Shown: positions 26,810-39,552 of the stretch, piece after piece
Layout of the letters: every line of letters starts with the position of its first letter
How positions within the stretch are numbered: position 1 is the first letter of the stretch
Assembly: GCA_037379345.1 (NCBI GenBank)
Contig: CM074514.1
Location: 49,042,001-49,106,000, forward strand
Length of the DNA: 64,000 nucleotides
Direction: 5' to 3'
Origin: Perna viridis
Taxonomy: Eukaryota
Notes under the pieces: model-generated
The model's input: the letters and a program-made list of their open reading frames with translations, nothing else
Told to the model about the DNA's origin: nothing
Databases searched by the model: none
Program-made: the position numbers and the translations under genes

Positions 26810-27010
26810 GAGGACGCTTACCCTACCGGTGCACCTGGTCCATGCTCCCAGTTTTTATTGGGGAAGAGTTGCTCATTTGCTTTTGTTACTTTGTATGTAT
26901 AATTTTAGTTACTTTAAGTTATTTGTTGTTGTGTGTCTGTTTACCATGTCTGGTCTTTGAATTACATTCTATTGATTACCGCTATTACCTTGGTTCCCTT
27001 GATTACTCTT
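26810..27010 (+). mobile_element. Naiad 3' tail fragment
   Basis: GAGGACGCTTACCCTACCGGTGCACCTGGTCCATGCTCCCAG...CTTGGTTCCCTTGATTACTCT. Confidence 0.9.
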
Positions 27011-27564
27011 TCATACAGGTTTACATTTTCTTTTATGCTGCCTACCCCAACTCATTGGCGATTAAAGTACTAATGTTTATATTTGTTCATTTTCTGATAT
27101 TGACAAATTCATAAAACTCTACAACAATTAATCTCCAGGCCTACACTTAACACAAAAACACTGTTAGACATCAATTTTAGTAAAATTGATGTTAATGTCC
27201 TGTCATTTTAATCGTTAATGCGAAAAACATAATTTTATGAATTGCCATGTTTTCCTGCAAGTGACAATGAAAACGATTAATATGCCAGAAAACTTTGAAT
27301 ATCCTATTGCTGCAAAGTGATACGATACTGTAAACTAAAATGTTTTGATTTTCTGATGAGACGTTTTTAGGGGAAACTAAAACATGACCTGATCGTGAAC
27401 ACAAAAAGTTGTCTTCATATTGGCAAAAATTGCCGGTGCGTCAACAGTGGGAGACTCCAATACATCGAAAGTTGAGTACGTGATCTACACAGACAAGAAA
27501 AACACAACGTATAAACGATCTACATACCATACACAATGCAGCTAACCAAATTAAGAAATATATT

Positions 27565-27760
27565 ACAGAGGAGGGTTGGGATAACGCCAAAGTACTTCAA
27601 CCCGGACGCATTGTTTGAGCCTCTTCCAAGTCAGGACTTTCTGGTCTCTGTCTTGTTTCGTTTTTTGTTTTCTTTTTTGATAATGCTGGAGTGTATACGA
27701 GCAAATATTTTGTTGTGTCTGTATTAACAGTTTTTTTGTGGCCCGCTTCTATATGAACTC
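27565..27760 (+). mobile_element. SINE-like fragment with Nin/Deu-domain-like core
   Basis: GAGGGTTGGGATAACGCCAAAGTACTTCAACCCGGACGCATTGTTTGAGCCTCTTCCAAGTCAGGA, homologous to the 20585-20660 minus strand. Confidence 0.5.
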
Positions 27761-28673
27761 TCTCACACAAAATATGGAATGACACCATTAAAATTAAAAG
27801 CAAAGAAATCCTTGATGTTTCTTTCTTTTAAACTTTTAAAAGTGATTGCAACAATTTTAAGATAATTCTTTGTGCCCATTTCATATTCATTTCCCTTAAC
27901 TTTACTTTTGAAGGCGACTGATACGTCATACAACCGATAGTGTTTGATACTTAATTTGTTTTCCCCTGCATTCAACATTGGATCACACTTTCTATAAAAC
28001 CATATCTTCAGCATTTTAAAAGCATAATAACTTTATTATAGTACTGAGTATTCTGTTCATTTGTATCTACATCATTAGCTTTTTTGCACTCATTTGTTTT
28101 TCACTTCTTTAATTCTTAGGTCACTTATCTTATCAAATAATATTTGATATATAGTTCATAATTCGATGTTATCAGACAGTGATAATTATTAATGCCATCC
28201 TCTTTTACGAATAACTATTAGTCGATTTTTTTTTAAATTGCACAATATGCTACTTTTAATAATTAAAAAAAACAAAGCTTTCTGTAAGAACAAGCCTTAA
28301 AACGTTTTAAGTCATCTCAGTTAACAAAAGCTTGGTCTCAGGTGGCCGAGTAACACAATTGGGTCATAAATTGAAATCTAAGTATTTAAAAATACGCTCA
28401 CGTTATCCATTTTCTTGATATAGTTTTAGAAATACACAAGTAAAAATGAGTCATTTATATATTCCATTTTCAAGCCTTTCTATTGATGTGATTGACGTAG
28501 TCAATACTCGAATGTTCTATGAAAATATTTTCTCCAAGTAAAATGTTGAAATATAAAACATGTAGCTACGATATCAATGATGATTAAATATTATTTATAT
28601 GTATGTACCTAGTACATTTTGATTTCCATTAGTATGACAATTACATGCAGTTTTCACATTAAATGTATTTCAG

Positions 28674-29110
28674 GATAACGAATACAAAATATTTGTACCT
28701 CAACTTTGAAAACATTTGACAAATATAGTGTTTATGGATTCTTTGAGCGAGCTATGTAACCAAATTGATATATTGTTAAATCTATAACACCAAAACTCGA
28801 ATTAATAGCATTAAAATATTTATTAAATCTTTCAGCAACTACATTGTTTATGTCAATGAAATCTACATGTATTTGACTTAAATTTATAGCTGTAAATGAA
28901 AGGACTCACAATTTTGTGTTTTTGTTAAAGAAAAGGAAACAAACAAAAAAAAAAAACAAAAATCATTTTCAACAGTTTAAAAGAAATAACAACTGACTTT
29001 GTTGATTGCTTTTCTTGTTTTCTAAATTTGCCATTTTCAGTAACAATCACTGGTAATAAAAGTGATAAGTATGTTAATAGGACAAACTAATAAAACCGCA
29101 TAATGCGTAG
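28674..29110 (+). pseudogene. Possible decayed LRR exons
   Basis: After TTTCAG (28673): ITNTK..FVPQL*KHLTNIVFMD..LCNQI. After TTTTCAG (29040): TITGNK..YVNRT. LRR-like register, but needs frameshifts. Confidence 0.25.
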
Positions 29111-29700
29111 TAATCACTACCGACAAAGAAGGATTAATATCAATATTCATTTTATTTTTGGTTTTTGATGTATTGTTGCAAAATATCCTCATAATAATGT
29201 TATTTCATTACTTATTACTGTAAACTTTAAATTTTTTTTTGTTTTGATTTTCTTGTTTCCTTATATTTAAAAGTTGACCACTAAACTGACATATTTCATA
29301 TTAAAAATAAAGAAAATAAGGATTTTTTTTCTTGTTAATATTAACTCAAATTTCAAATACATTTATATAAAAAAAAAGATGTTCCCGCCTGTTATCGCCC
29401 CTTTGAAATAATTTTCAAGCCAACCATCTCCCATTTATAAAGGCTATTCACAGTAAATCTACTAAACACTAATGTAAAACACTATTTTAAAATAATTAAT
29501 TAATAAAATGTAAACATATCGGAATAATTTGACAAGATGACAGTTCAGAATGCCCCGTGTAATATATCTATAGTTCTGACCTAAATCATGGGTTGATAAA
29601 TCATTTGATAACCAATAATATCTTCAGTGACCAACTGTCATTTGCGCCCTTAGGCTTTTTTGAAGGATTTCCGATCAAACCATTGTGGGATAAAGATGCG

Positions 29701-29960
29701 TAAGGGACGATAATTGATTCATAGGGGTGGAAGATGTTGAAAAAAAAAATATCTGTCTCCTATTATTTTGGACATAAATAATATGGCATCATCTCATACC
29801 AGAAAAAATTAGCCTGACAAATTGCTGAAAAATAAATATTCCGATCTTGGCTAATGAATTGAAAATAAATATAGTGACCTTGCCTAGTAAATTGAAAATA
29901 AATATTCTGACCTCCGCAAAACCTTTATATGTTTTTCCTCCCCATAGTTTCATAAATCAG
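29701..29960. mobile_element. MITE-like element with GAAAATAAATA subrepeats
   Basis: TAAGGGACG start, GGGGTGG near the left end, CCTCCCC near the right end, three AAAATAAATA copies. Confidence 0.4.
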
Positions 29961-32187
29961 AAAAAGTATACATGCTTAAATACTCCGCAAGTTTATAGAA
30001 CACCCTAATAGTCTCCATGCAGAGGCAATATTAAATGCATGTACATAAATGAATGGGGTAATGTGTAGTCCAGAAGTCTTGGATGGTCCACCGTGCATCC
30101 CCTTCATCAACTTCATGGTGATTTTTAGGTACCTTTATATCTCCAATTACCGAATTAATTCGTCGCCAAAGAATATTCTTGGATTCTTTTTCAGTATAAG
30201 CAAATATTTGTATCCAACTGGATCAAAAAGCCAAGATTTTTGTGACTCAATTGTTTGAGCGTCTAGGTCTTCCCGAGTCAGCATGTGTGAACATACTAAA
30301 CAAATATAGGTATCATCATGAAGCCTAACGTCTCAATCTTACAAGAAATCTGCGGTAACATTTCGGGTTTCGGGGTAAAATGAAAAAAATATACAAAAAA
30401 AAACCTGCTCAAATATTTTTCAATGTAAAAACCCCCATAGTATTTATACTTCAGGAAAAATGGCTTATTGGAAAGGAAGGATGCTACATAAATCTGTTTG
30501 AATATGCGAAAGATTGTTTGAAGTACTGTACTTAAAAAAATGCCAATTACAGGTGATATGGAAGAAGATATGAAATTCCGGAAATTCCCATTTTTATGAG
30601 AAACTAATCATTTTCACATTGAAACTGAAAAATACTCGCAAGAAATGAAAAGATATATTGGCTACATCGATAATTAAAACAATAGTACATAACATGTTTA
30701 TTGTACACCGTGTATATGCACAAAATTACATTTTATTTCATGTTGCGGTATTTTTTCATGGGTAGGGGTGCCAAATGTTTTACTAACTTCACTTTGAAAA
30801 ATTCAAGTATGCATTACTTAAGCTCATTTGGAAGCTTAGACAATATATCATCGTACTATATCACACGAAAGCTTGTTTAAACTACGGTATTCTTAAAAAT
30901 GACAATAACGGAAGATACAGAAGAAATTCGGAAATTTCGAAAATTACCCTTTTTACGATTTTACATTTATTGTAACCCCAAAAAGAAAATCTTAGTACCA
31001 GTATTGAACAGATATGTTGTGTATACATTTGTATTATTATCATAATTATGAATGCCTGAAATATATGTTTATGGTGTCGGTATGCTGTGAATGAGAACTC
31101 TGTTTGATACTAAGATCAGTTTTCTTGGTATAGTGGTAATATCTTCATTTTTGCAAAATTCTCTATTGAACATTATTTTTTTTCTTGGTTTATTGATGTA
31201 AAAGATTAAATTATCCATTGAATGATATTTGAGACATTTTAATTTTTTTACCAAAAAAATCGAAAGTCCCATTTTCTGATAAATTCTTACTACAAAAATC
31301 CCAAAATTTCATCAAAAGAATTCCAGAAGTATTAATTGTGATAATACTAAACAGAAAACACCAAAATTATATATAAGCCATTCATTACAGAAGCATAAAT
31401 ACTGTAGTGGTTTTGACATGGAAAACTATGTCAATTTTAGCGTTTTTTGTCGGTGGGGTAGGAGTTCATTTTTAATGGAATCATTGTAAAGTTGAGACAT
31501 TGGGCTACATGATGATATATAATCGTCTAAATAAAAGTCAACAATCACTCTTACGGGGTGATGGATCGTTAAAAACGATGCAAAACATAACAATAAATTA
31601 AATAAACGTCTAAATATGTTTTTAACATCACCAGAAGATGGTAAAATTTACATTGAATATTTCGGAAACTGATATCCTTCTTCAACATAAAACTCGTACA
31701 ACTTTATGAGCATATATTTATATATTTATACGAGGTATAAAAAGTAGCAGCACAAAATACAAAAAATGCTTCAGTTTATTTTTTGGCAACAAAAAGATAT
31801 GTCAGTGAGAGGTATCAATGTATCTGAAAATCATAATTTGGTTGATGAGTGGGGGTGCACGGGGGTTATCTCAGCCTACATACTATAGATATTTGAGTAG
31901 TGCAATTGTAGATTTTTTTATATACATAGATTTGCGAATCTGACCACTTGAAAGTCCCTCGCAACATTTCCCGCTAAATGTGGGGCCTATTTCAGGTCCA
32001 GAGATGCCACCTGGCGGATGAAGTAGAGACTATGCCTTGTATCATTGAGAATGAACTTCATTTAATGTCTTTAATAATAAACATAAAAAGTAACACATCC
32101 TTTGATATAGAACCCAAACGATATATTTTGCTAACCTGGATATGCACATTTAAATTTTCATAGAACAAAAATAGACTCTTTTATATC

Positions 32188-32360
32188 CTCGTTGATGGAT
32201 TTGGCTTCCTCTTTCGATAGTTTTAGTTTTGAGTAACCTCTTGTATACAACTAACATTTTGATTATGATCTTCCTACATATTTGATTTTAATGCTGCTGA
32301 TGAGAAGTTACTCCTTGAAACACGTGTACAGCATAAAGAAATTTACAATATATAAAACTG
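32188..32360 (+). mobile_element. ~175-bp hammerhead-containing repeat (PLE pseudo-LTR / non-LTR retrozyme-like), copy 1
   Basis: Aligns end to end with 35514-35685 and carries a type I hammerhead. Confidence 0.8.
32291..32334 (+). ncRNA. Minimal type I hammerhead ribozyme
   Basis: ATGCTG [CTGATGA] GAAGTTACTCCTT [GAAA] CACGTG [TA] CAGCAT: 6-bp stem I, intact core boxes, weak stem II, palindromic stem-loop III. Predicted cleavage after A32328. Confidence 0.8.
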
Positions 32361-32831
32361 GTGTACTTTGTAATGAAGAACCATTGGGCCGATAGCTCTA
32401 CTGACGGACCTGAGGTCCCCGAAGATATTCACCAACCGAGTAGTCAGACTTGTCTGACCCCGAACTATATCATATTTAGCTACCCAATTAATGAAATCTT
32501 GCAGGATTCTAATAAAAAAATAAGTAAAACACCTAGGCTTCATTCCTTGCATTAATTATATATAGGCTAAAATGTAAATCAAAGTGTTTTTTTCAGGTGG
32601 GGGTGCGATCTCAACCGTCGCACCCCCTGTCTACTGCCTTGACATCCTGTAGTACTTAATAAATACCGAGCCATGCACATTGTTTTCAGTGCAAGCGAGA
32701 GTGTCAACTTCCTTTAGTTTGGCTGAATGACTGGTTCAAAGCAGGGTCTGTTCGATTGGTAAAGTAGTTCTCGATCTTTCTGCCAAAGAACGATAAACCA
32801 TATCAGTAAATGGTAAAATGTTTGAAGATCG

Positions 32832-33020
32832 TTTTTATACCCAAATTGCAAAGTTGGGGAATACAATTATGGGGTGTCCGTCCTTCTGTCCGTCCCTGCT
32901 TCATTCCCTCTGTTACAATTGGGACGCATCTCTGATCTCTCATATCTTCAAGTTGTAAATGCATAAAGTATGTTTTTGTTTCTCTTTTGGAGTTAAAAGT
33001 ATGTGTAAACTTAAACATAT
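32832..33020 (+). mobile_element. Helentron-associated (HINE-like) fragment
   Basis: TTTTTATACCC...GGGGAATA..GGGGTGTCCGTCC..GTCCGTCC. Confidence 0.55.
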
Positions 33021-33350
33021 GATTATTCTGGATGGCAACCTATTCATTTCTTTTATAATTTTTATCATTATATAATAAAACACACACACACACAACATAA
33101 AAAAACACAAACAAAAGAAGAGAAAAGAAAAGAAGAAAACTATGTTTTGTTTAATTAATCTTTCATACGAACATAATATATCACCATAGATCTGTAATAA
33201 AATTAAAGGTCTATGGTATGGTATATATGTAACATTATCAGTTTATGCGTCACCATGTTAATCTCTTATGAGATTGAAGTAATATAAGGTATATTGTGAT
33301 TTCGCGGATCGTAATAACTCTGCCACGGACCTGGTCGGTTGCACGGTATA

Positions 33351-33505
33351 CTGTGGCAGATCTAGGGCGCGGGCCCTTAGAAAAAAAAATTGTTGAAAAA
33401 TTGTGCGAGTTAAATGATGAAAAACACTTCGTGATCCTCATCAGTGATTCTGTCAAGAAATATTTTTGCCTCCCCCCCTTACCTATTACTTAGGATCCGC
33501 CACTG
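33351..33505. mobile_element. MITE with CAGTGGCGGATC-type TIRs
   Basis: Left CTGTGGCAGATCTAG, right TAGGATCCGCCACTG, with GTATA directly flanking both sides (possible TSD). Confidence 0.7.
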
Positions 33506-35269
33506 GTATATTGTCTAAATATCGTTAATGCTCGTATATATTTTTTCTAGTATATTGATGAACGTAACATACTAGTGCAATGTATCTAAACAATTGATCG
33601 TTTTCATCTAGCTCTGTGTGTGTACCCAGGACTCCTGAGTTGTGCTTAGAGGCACCGAATGGCAATTCAGATCCTGTTAAAAAATACATTTCGGGGCGGA
33701 ACGGGGATATTTGAAAAAGAGGGGCCCAGAGGTTACCATAGATGGGGATTTAAGCTATAATAATCTGCACATTTTATCACGAAATTAAACGTTTCCAGAA
33801 GGGAAGCAATAAATGGATGTTAGAATGCGATATACTAACGCACTTTAGCACATTTGCGTTAGACATTACACGTACTTCAGCGTTGACAATCGCAAGTCAA
33901 CGCGACCATCGCACTCCCGCGTCCCCATCTTACTGATAAACTAGTCGCCTCTTCCTTGGTCTTGACTTGATTATGGATCCGATTAGTGTTCGATAATTTT
34001 GTTTTTATCCTTATTTTAAAAACATTTTGCTTTCACACTACCATGAGGTTCAATTCAGCGCCCCACACCATAGTCAAATCTCCAATAATAATGAAATAAT
34101 GATTGATTTAGTTCCATCTAATGTAAGTTTTAAATTTTGAGAGTATATTTTCGTTTGAGAAATGAAACACATCTTCACACTCAGACTCGACTGGGGAAAT
34201 GTGTTAAGTAAACTAAATGAATGCCTTCACTCCTTCATTTTAGAGCGATTTTTTAAGCTGATGAAACATTCGCAAGTAACCCGACGTTCTATTATTATAG
34301 TGTACATGCACCTAACCAGGATCTAAAGAAAATATCCATGAAGAATACAATTTGTTTAGGCATCTTCAATGTTTTTTTCTTTTCATTTAATTAAGGAAGA
34401 TGTTTCGATATATTTAATTTTATCGTCAGACTAATTAACAGAGTTGTGATTTAATTTAAGGCGAGTTGACACGGTTGTTTATTATACCGCCTGTCTCCTA
34501 TATACGCTTATATATCCCTAGGACGTGTTCACTGAAATGAGTAATACAGGCAGTGAATCGCGTTTTGAAAAAAAAAAGAATATCGAAATAACTAATTTTT
34601 CCTGACATTACTATATATGACAATGATGATTGTCCAATTTTGGCTGAGTTTCTCACACAGTTTTTCACATTCAATTAAGACGAGAAGATTTTTTTAGAAC
34701 TATTGGACATTTTTGTTTGCATTAATTCTATATTTATCCAAGGAGGTCGATAACAACCATATTATTCATATGATTTTCAATTATAGTGTAGTAATCCATT
34801 TCATATATATTGACATATGCCCCTTTCATTTAAAATTATAAAGGTGTTACTTTTCAAAATGACTTAGTTAGACTTTATCTACATTGTGTTTTTTTTCATG
34901 AATATTCTATATTTATCCCTTAATTACAATTGTTTTTATTACTTATAGTAATAAGCCTTCATTCGTTTATCAATGAATTAATTAGTTTATAAATGTATTT
35001 ATTTATTTATTTTTCTTACTATGATAAAGAAAATAATAAACAGAATTATAATTTACAGCCCACCAAATTTAACCGTCCCTACGAGATCCGACATGGGTAG
35101 CCAAGGACGTTAAAAAACCTTAGTAACTACATTTTAAATTTTGCATTTTTAAATAAAGCTAATTTAAGGGAGATAACTCAATCTGATTTAATATATTATT
35201 CTAGTATAAATATAATGTTAGTCTGTTGAAGTTATGTGCACTTAACAATACTGGCCAATTACTTGCTTT

Positions 35270-35499
35270 CCCTCTCCAGAAAATACTGAACAGTCTTAAC
35301 GCACTCTTAACACTACTAAATTGATGTTGAGTGAAGCTAGTGAATTTACTGAACAACTGGCAACTCTTAACGACATAAACTGAATTTCCACTGAATTGAC
35401 ACTGAAACTCTTAAAACTACTGAAATTAAATTTGTTAAGAGTTTTCAGTAGATGTTAAGTAGGAAATGGCCGATTCAGTAAAAGTTTCGGCTACTAGTG
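35270..35499. mobile_element. CACTA/EnSpm-like terminal fragment
   Basis: Direct and inverted subrepeats (ACTCTTAAC / GTTAAGAGT, ACTGAA / TTCAGT) ending in CTACTAGTG, the reverse complement of CACTAGTAG. Confidence 0.5.
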
Positions 35500-35513
35500 A
35501 TATGGTAGAATCT

Positions 35514-35685
35514 CTCGGTGATGGATTTGGCTTCCTCTTTCGGTAGCTTTGGTTTTGAGTACTTCTTGTATAAAACTAATATTTTGAGTATGATCTTCCT
35601 ACAGATTTGATTTTAATGCTGCTTTTGACAGGTTATTCCTTGAAACACGTGTACAGCATATCAAAATTTACAACATATAAAGCTG
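35514..35685 (+). mobile_element. Hammerhead-containing repeat, copy 2 (core mutated)
   Basis: 35616-35659 ATGCTG CTTTTGA CAGGTTATTCCTT GAAA CACGTG TA CAGCAT. The CTGATGA box is broken, while stem II AGG/CCT is better preserved. Confidence 0.78.
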
Positions 35686-35738
35686 ATCTTTTCTGTTCTT
35701 AGAAATCGATATAAGATAACGCTCTTACCAGGGGCATG

Positions 35739-36009
35739 ATTGTTCTTCAATCAGCCGGTTTATACAACAATATTGTTCTTCCATTAGCCGCTTTGCACAA
35801 TAATATCGTTCTTCCATCATCCGGTTTGTACAATAATATTGTTATTCCATCATCCGATTTGTACAATAATATTGTTTTTCCATCAGCCGGTTTGTGCAAT
35901 AATATTGTTCTTCCATCAACCGGTTTGTACAATAATATTGTTCTTCAATCAGCCGGTTTGTACAATAATATTGTTCTTCCATCAGCCCGTTTGTACAATA
36001 ATATTGTTC
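35739..36009. repeat. 33-bp minisatellite, ~8 units
   Basis: Unit TTGTACAATAATATTGTTCTTCCATCAGCCGGT. It explains the four overlapping repetitive ORFs (11-aa period). Confidence 0.95.
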
Positions 36010-38054
36010 AGTGTTTGTCTGATGATTCTTGTTTTGCCGGTGATATTTTTCTTGCATGTTTTTTTTTTATTATTAACATTGACTTAATTACAACATTTTA
36101 CAGATAAATACTGGTATATTGATTTTAACATTCTCCTTATTCAACGTATTTAAACTCTTATCCCCTTTTCAATGATCTACCAACATACCATAGAATTGAA
36201 TGTTTACCTTATACACATACTGTCATGTCATATTCTATGAGCTTGTTCAAATTGTAATATCATGGTGAATACATTTTGCCCATTTGAGATTAGATTACTT
36301 CCATGAAGAATTCATGGAAAACTAGGAGTGGATGCAATATTTCAATTATTAACCATAAAAACTAATATTACGTGTTCGTGACAAGTTGGAATTTTACACT
36401 TTGATAATACTTTAAAAAGTTATGGTCTTCAGTTTTATCACAAGTTGTTCAAAAAGTGATAAATTTCTTACGCATTCAAAGTCTATATAGTTTTTCATTC
36501 CTAAGCAACTGTCGATCTCAATTACAAAGATGTCGAAGAAATGATGTTTAATGGACCTGTATGATCAATTTAGCATGTTTATAACGTTGTTAGTTTTTTT
36601 TAAAAAGAAAACTCATTAGTACGAAAGAGATCGACGCACATTTATTTGCTCAAAAACAAAAAAACAAAAAACAAAAAACAAAAAAACAAAACAAAACAAA
36701 AAAATCGATACATTATCACAGTCAAACATAAACTGATACAGGCGAAACATCTAATATATTTTAATTCTCTAAGGTATATAACGGAAATTATAATTATAAT
36801 TAATGATAGTTCCAAAATTGGCACTAATAAACCGAACATTCTTTAAAAAAAAAGGTAATTCAGTGACATTAAAATACAAGTACATGAGCCAACGTAAAAG
36901 ATAATAATTATAGGGTATTCAATTTCCTAGTAATCAGACTAGTATAACCACGAACTTTTATATCATACAATTTTTTACCGAAGTTTGTCGAAAAAGCATT
37001 GAGTCCTGATTCCTTTTGTCAAACGTGGGATACAATATTTTTCTTTGCAATATACTGATAGAAATCATCGGTAGTGGGTCTGGCCTCTTCTTTCGATATT
37101 TTTTGTAACAATTTCCTTTGAATCTTGAACTTGGTAAGATGTTCTAATACTGTTGATAATAGTGTACTCAATGGAACACGTGTACGACATACCGCAATAA
37201 ATTCACATATAGTACTGAACATAATGATGACAAAGCAACACACAAAAATTAAGAACTTAAAAATGATCACCAAAAAAACCTGAAATGAATTCAGCTCCAC
37301 TACACAGGTAAAGAATTTCTACTCTGCTAGCAACACTTGCTGCATTGAAATTGAGTGGTGCACGTCCAATTTAGTGGATTATCAATCCGGTAAGACATGG
37401 CAACATTAAAAAAACGTCTTTTTAGTATTAAAATATACATGGATTTGTGATTGTCTCATTTTCGTGATTCTATGAAACTATCTAATTTAGAAAACAATTT
37501 GTTTTGTATAAGTTAATGAGTCCATTGTTCATAAACTCACTTTATTCCGTTAGAAGAATGAGTTTGAATTGATATAGCAGTTGTTAGAAGTAATAACGCG
37601 TCTATTTTAATTAATTATGTACTTTTGTCATAAGTGTACATTTTTAATTTGTGAGAAAAAAAGATAGACTCGTATTTTATACTTTATGAGTTACGTTCTG
37701 TGCAATTTATACATTTTGCACAACAACGCAATATATATTGAGGTTAATTGCGAAACAAAACGCTTTGACGCGTACTTACTGTTTATCATTTATGAATGTT
37801 TTACTAGAGTAAATAAGCTATATTTTAATGATGAAGAATATCTGTGAACAATAGATATGCAGTAAACTGCTAATAAAAAGCAAAAATGTCCGCATTATAC
37901 CAGCCAAGTCCCAATCCGTACTCCCTTTTATGATTCCCCTTTCCAGCAATAATATCCATTGTATTTCACTGTATGATATCCTATATTTTTAACGTTTAAC
38001 TCTTGTTTTCAACTAAATTAAATATAGTTTGGACTTCATCACATTAGAACTGGA

Positions 38055-39552
38055 TTTAATTGGAATTATAACGTTAGAGTGCTTATGGATGCTGTGGAGG
38101 ACTACTAAAAAACATGAATAAAGCGAGAACAAGACGACATTGATTCTCTGTCAGATTGGTTAAAGGCCGTGAGGTTTTTAATTTTGAAACGTATGAAAGT
38201 TTTGAGTAGGTCAATGAGTGTCAATGCTACATCAGTTTTCAAAGACCCCGATGTAACAAAAACATTGTCTACTATACATGACAAATATGTTGTCGTACCA
38301 GCAGACAAAGTCCAAAACAATATTGTTTTTGTCTGCAAAACGTTTTACATCCAATGTTTATTATCAGAGGTAGACGTAGAAAATAACAGCAGTGATAAGA
38401 CCTATACTGCTAACACACTTTCCAAAGAAGAGATTGTGGAAAACTATAAATCTCTGCTATCCTCTTTTGGTCTCTCTACCATGGATCATAATTGTTATTT
38501 ACCATCTATGTACTGGATTCCTAACCTCCACAAGAATCCATACAAACAACGTTATATAGCTGGATCTGCATAATGTACCACCAAAGCTTTCTCTAAACTT
38601 TCAATTTCTGTACTCACAACTGTCAAGGAGGGTCTGCAATCCTATCACAACACTTGTTACTCCCGTAGTGGTATTAATTCAATGTGGATCCTGGAAAATT
38701 CGAAAGATCTTTTGGAGACAATCAATTCGACTATTATTAGTATATAATAGCATTAAAACATGTGACCTTTCAACACTGTATACTTCTATTCCCCATACTT
38801 AGTTAAAATCCCGACTTATAAACATTATACATCATTGTTTTTCCAAAAAAGATGGAACGACTAGATATAAATATATAGTTCTTGGTAGAGATTCCTCATA
38901 CTTTGTAAAAAAGAATTCCAAATCATTTTCCAAATATACAGAAGAAGATGTTTACAAAATGCTGGAATTTTTACGTGATGACTTTTCATTCAGAATTGTA
39001 AACTTTCCTTTCATCCGTGGCAACATTCCTTCAGCACCTGCGTATGGAATGTTCATATCACAACTCATACGTTATGCCAGATCTTGCCGAATCTACGCAC
39101 TTTTTGCATCGCGCTAAAATTCTAACAATTAGGCTTCTGGTTCAGGGTTATGTTGCTACAAGATTGGAATCATCACTACAGAATTTTTATGGTCGTCATC
39201 ATGAACTCGTGGATCGCTACGGTGTATCCATATGCGCCATGAAAACTGATTTGTTCGACGTGTCATAGTTTTCCTTTCCTCTTTCGTCTACCCCGGACTT
39301 GACTTTTTTATGAACGACTCGGCGGATGCTTCTAGAAAAGCAGAGGACGCTTACCCTACCGGTGCACCTGGTACATTCCTGTTTCAGTTTTAAGTGGAGT
39401 CCAAGTTGCTCATTTGCTTTTGTTACTCTGTATGTATGATTTTAGTTACTTTATGTTTTTTGTTGTGTATGTCTGTTTTAATGTCTGGTCTTTGTTCCTG
39501 CATTACATTCGTTTGATTACCACTATAACCTTGGTATCCTTGATTACTCTTT
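38055..39552 (+). mobile_element. Naiad-type PLE with internal deletion of RT core
   Basis: NWNYN..REQDDIDSLSDWLK..HDKYVVVPADKVQNNIVFVCK..LPSMYWIPNLHKNPYKQRYIAGSA..DLSTLYTSIPH..KMLEF joined at ~38972 directly to RDDFSFRIVNFP. About 360 bp, including GIPMG and YIDD, is missing relative to the 9506-10846 copy. Confidence 0.92.

Noticed and set aside
35736-36107. 123-aa repeat protein or CRISPR-like array
   Set aside because: Head-to-tail 33-bp minisatellite with no unique spacers, in a eukaryotic context. It is open in several frames simply because the unit lacks stops.
38100-38130. Selenocysteine-encoding Naiad (in-frame TGA; SECIS in tail)
   Set aside because: The TGA accompanies other random stops. 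The tail ATGA pairs Watson-Crick with TCAT rather than forming the SECIS GA quartet.
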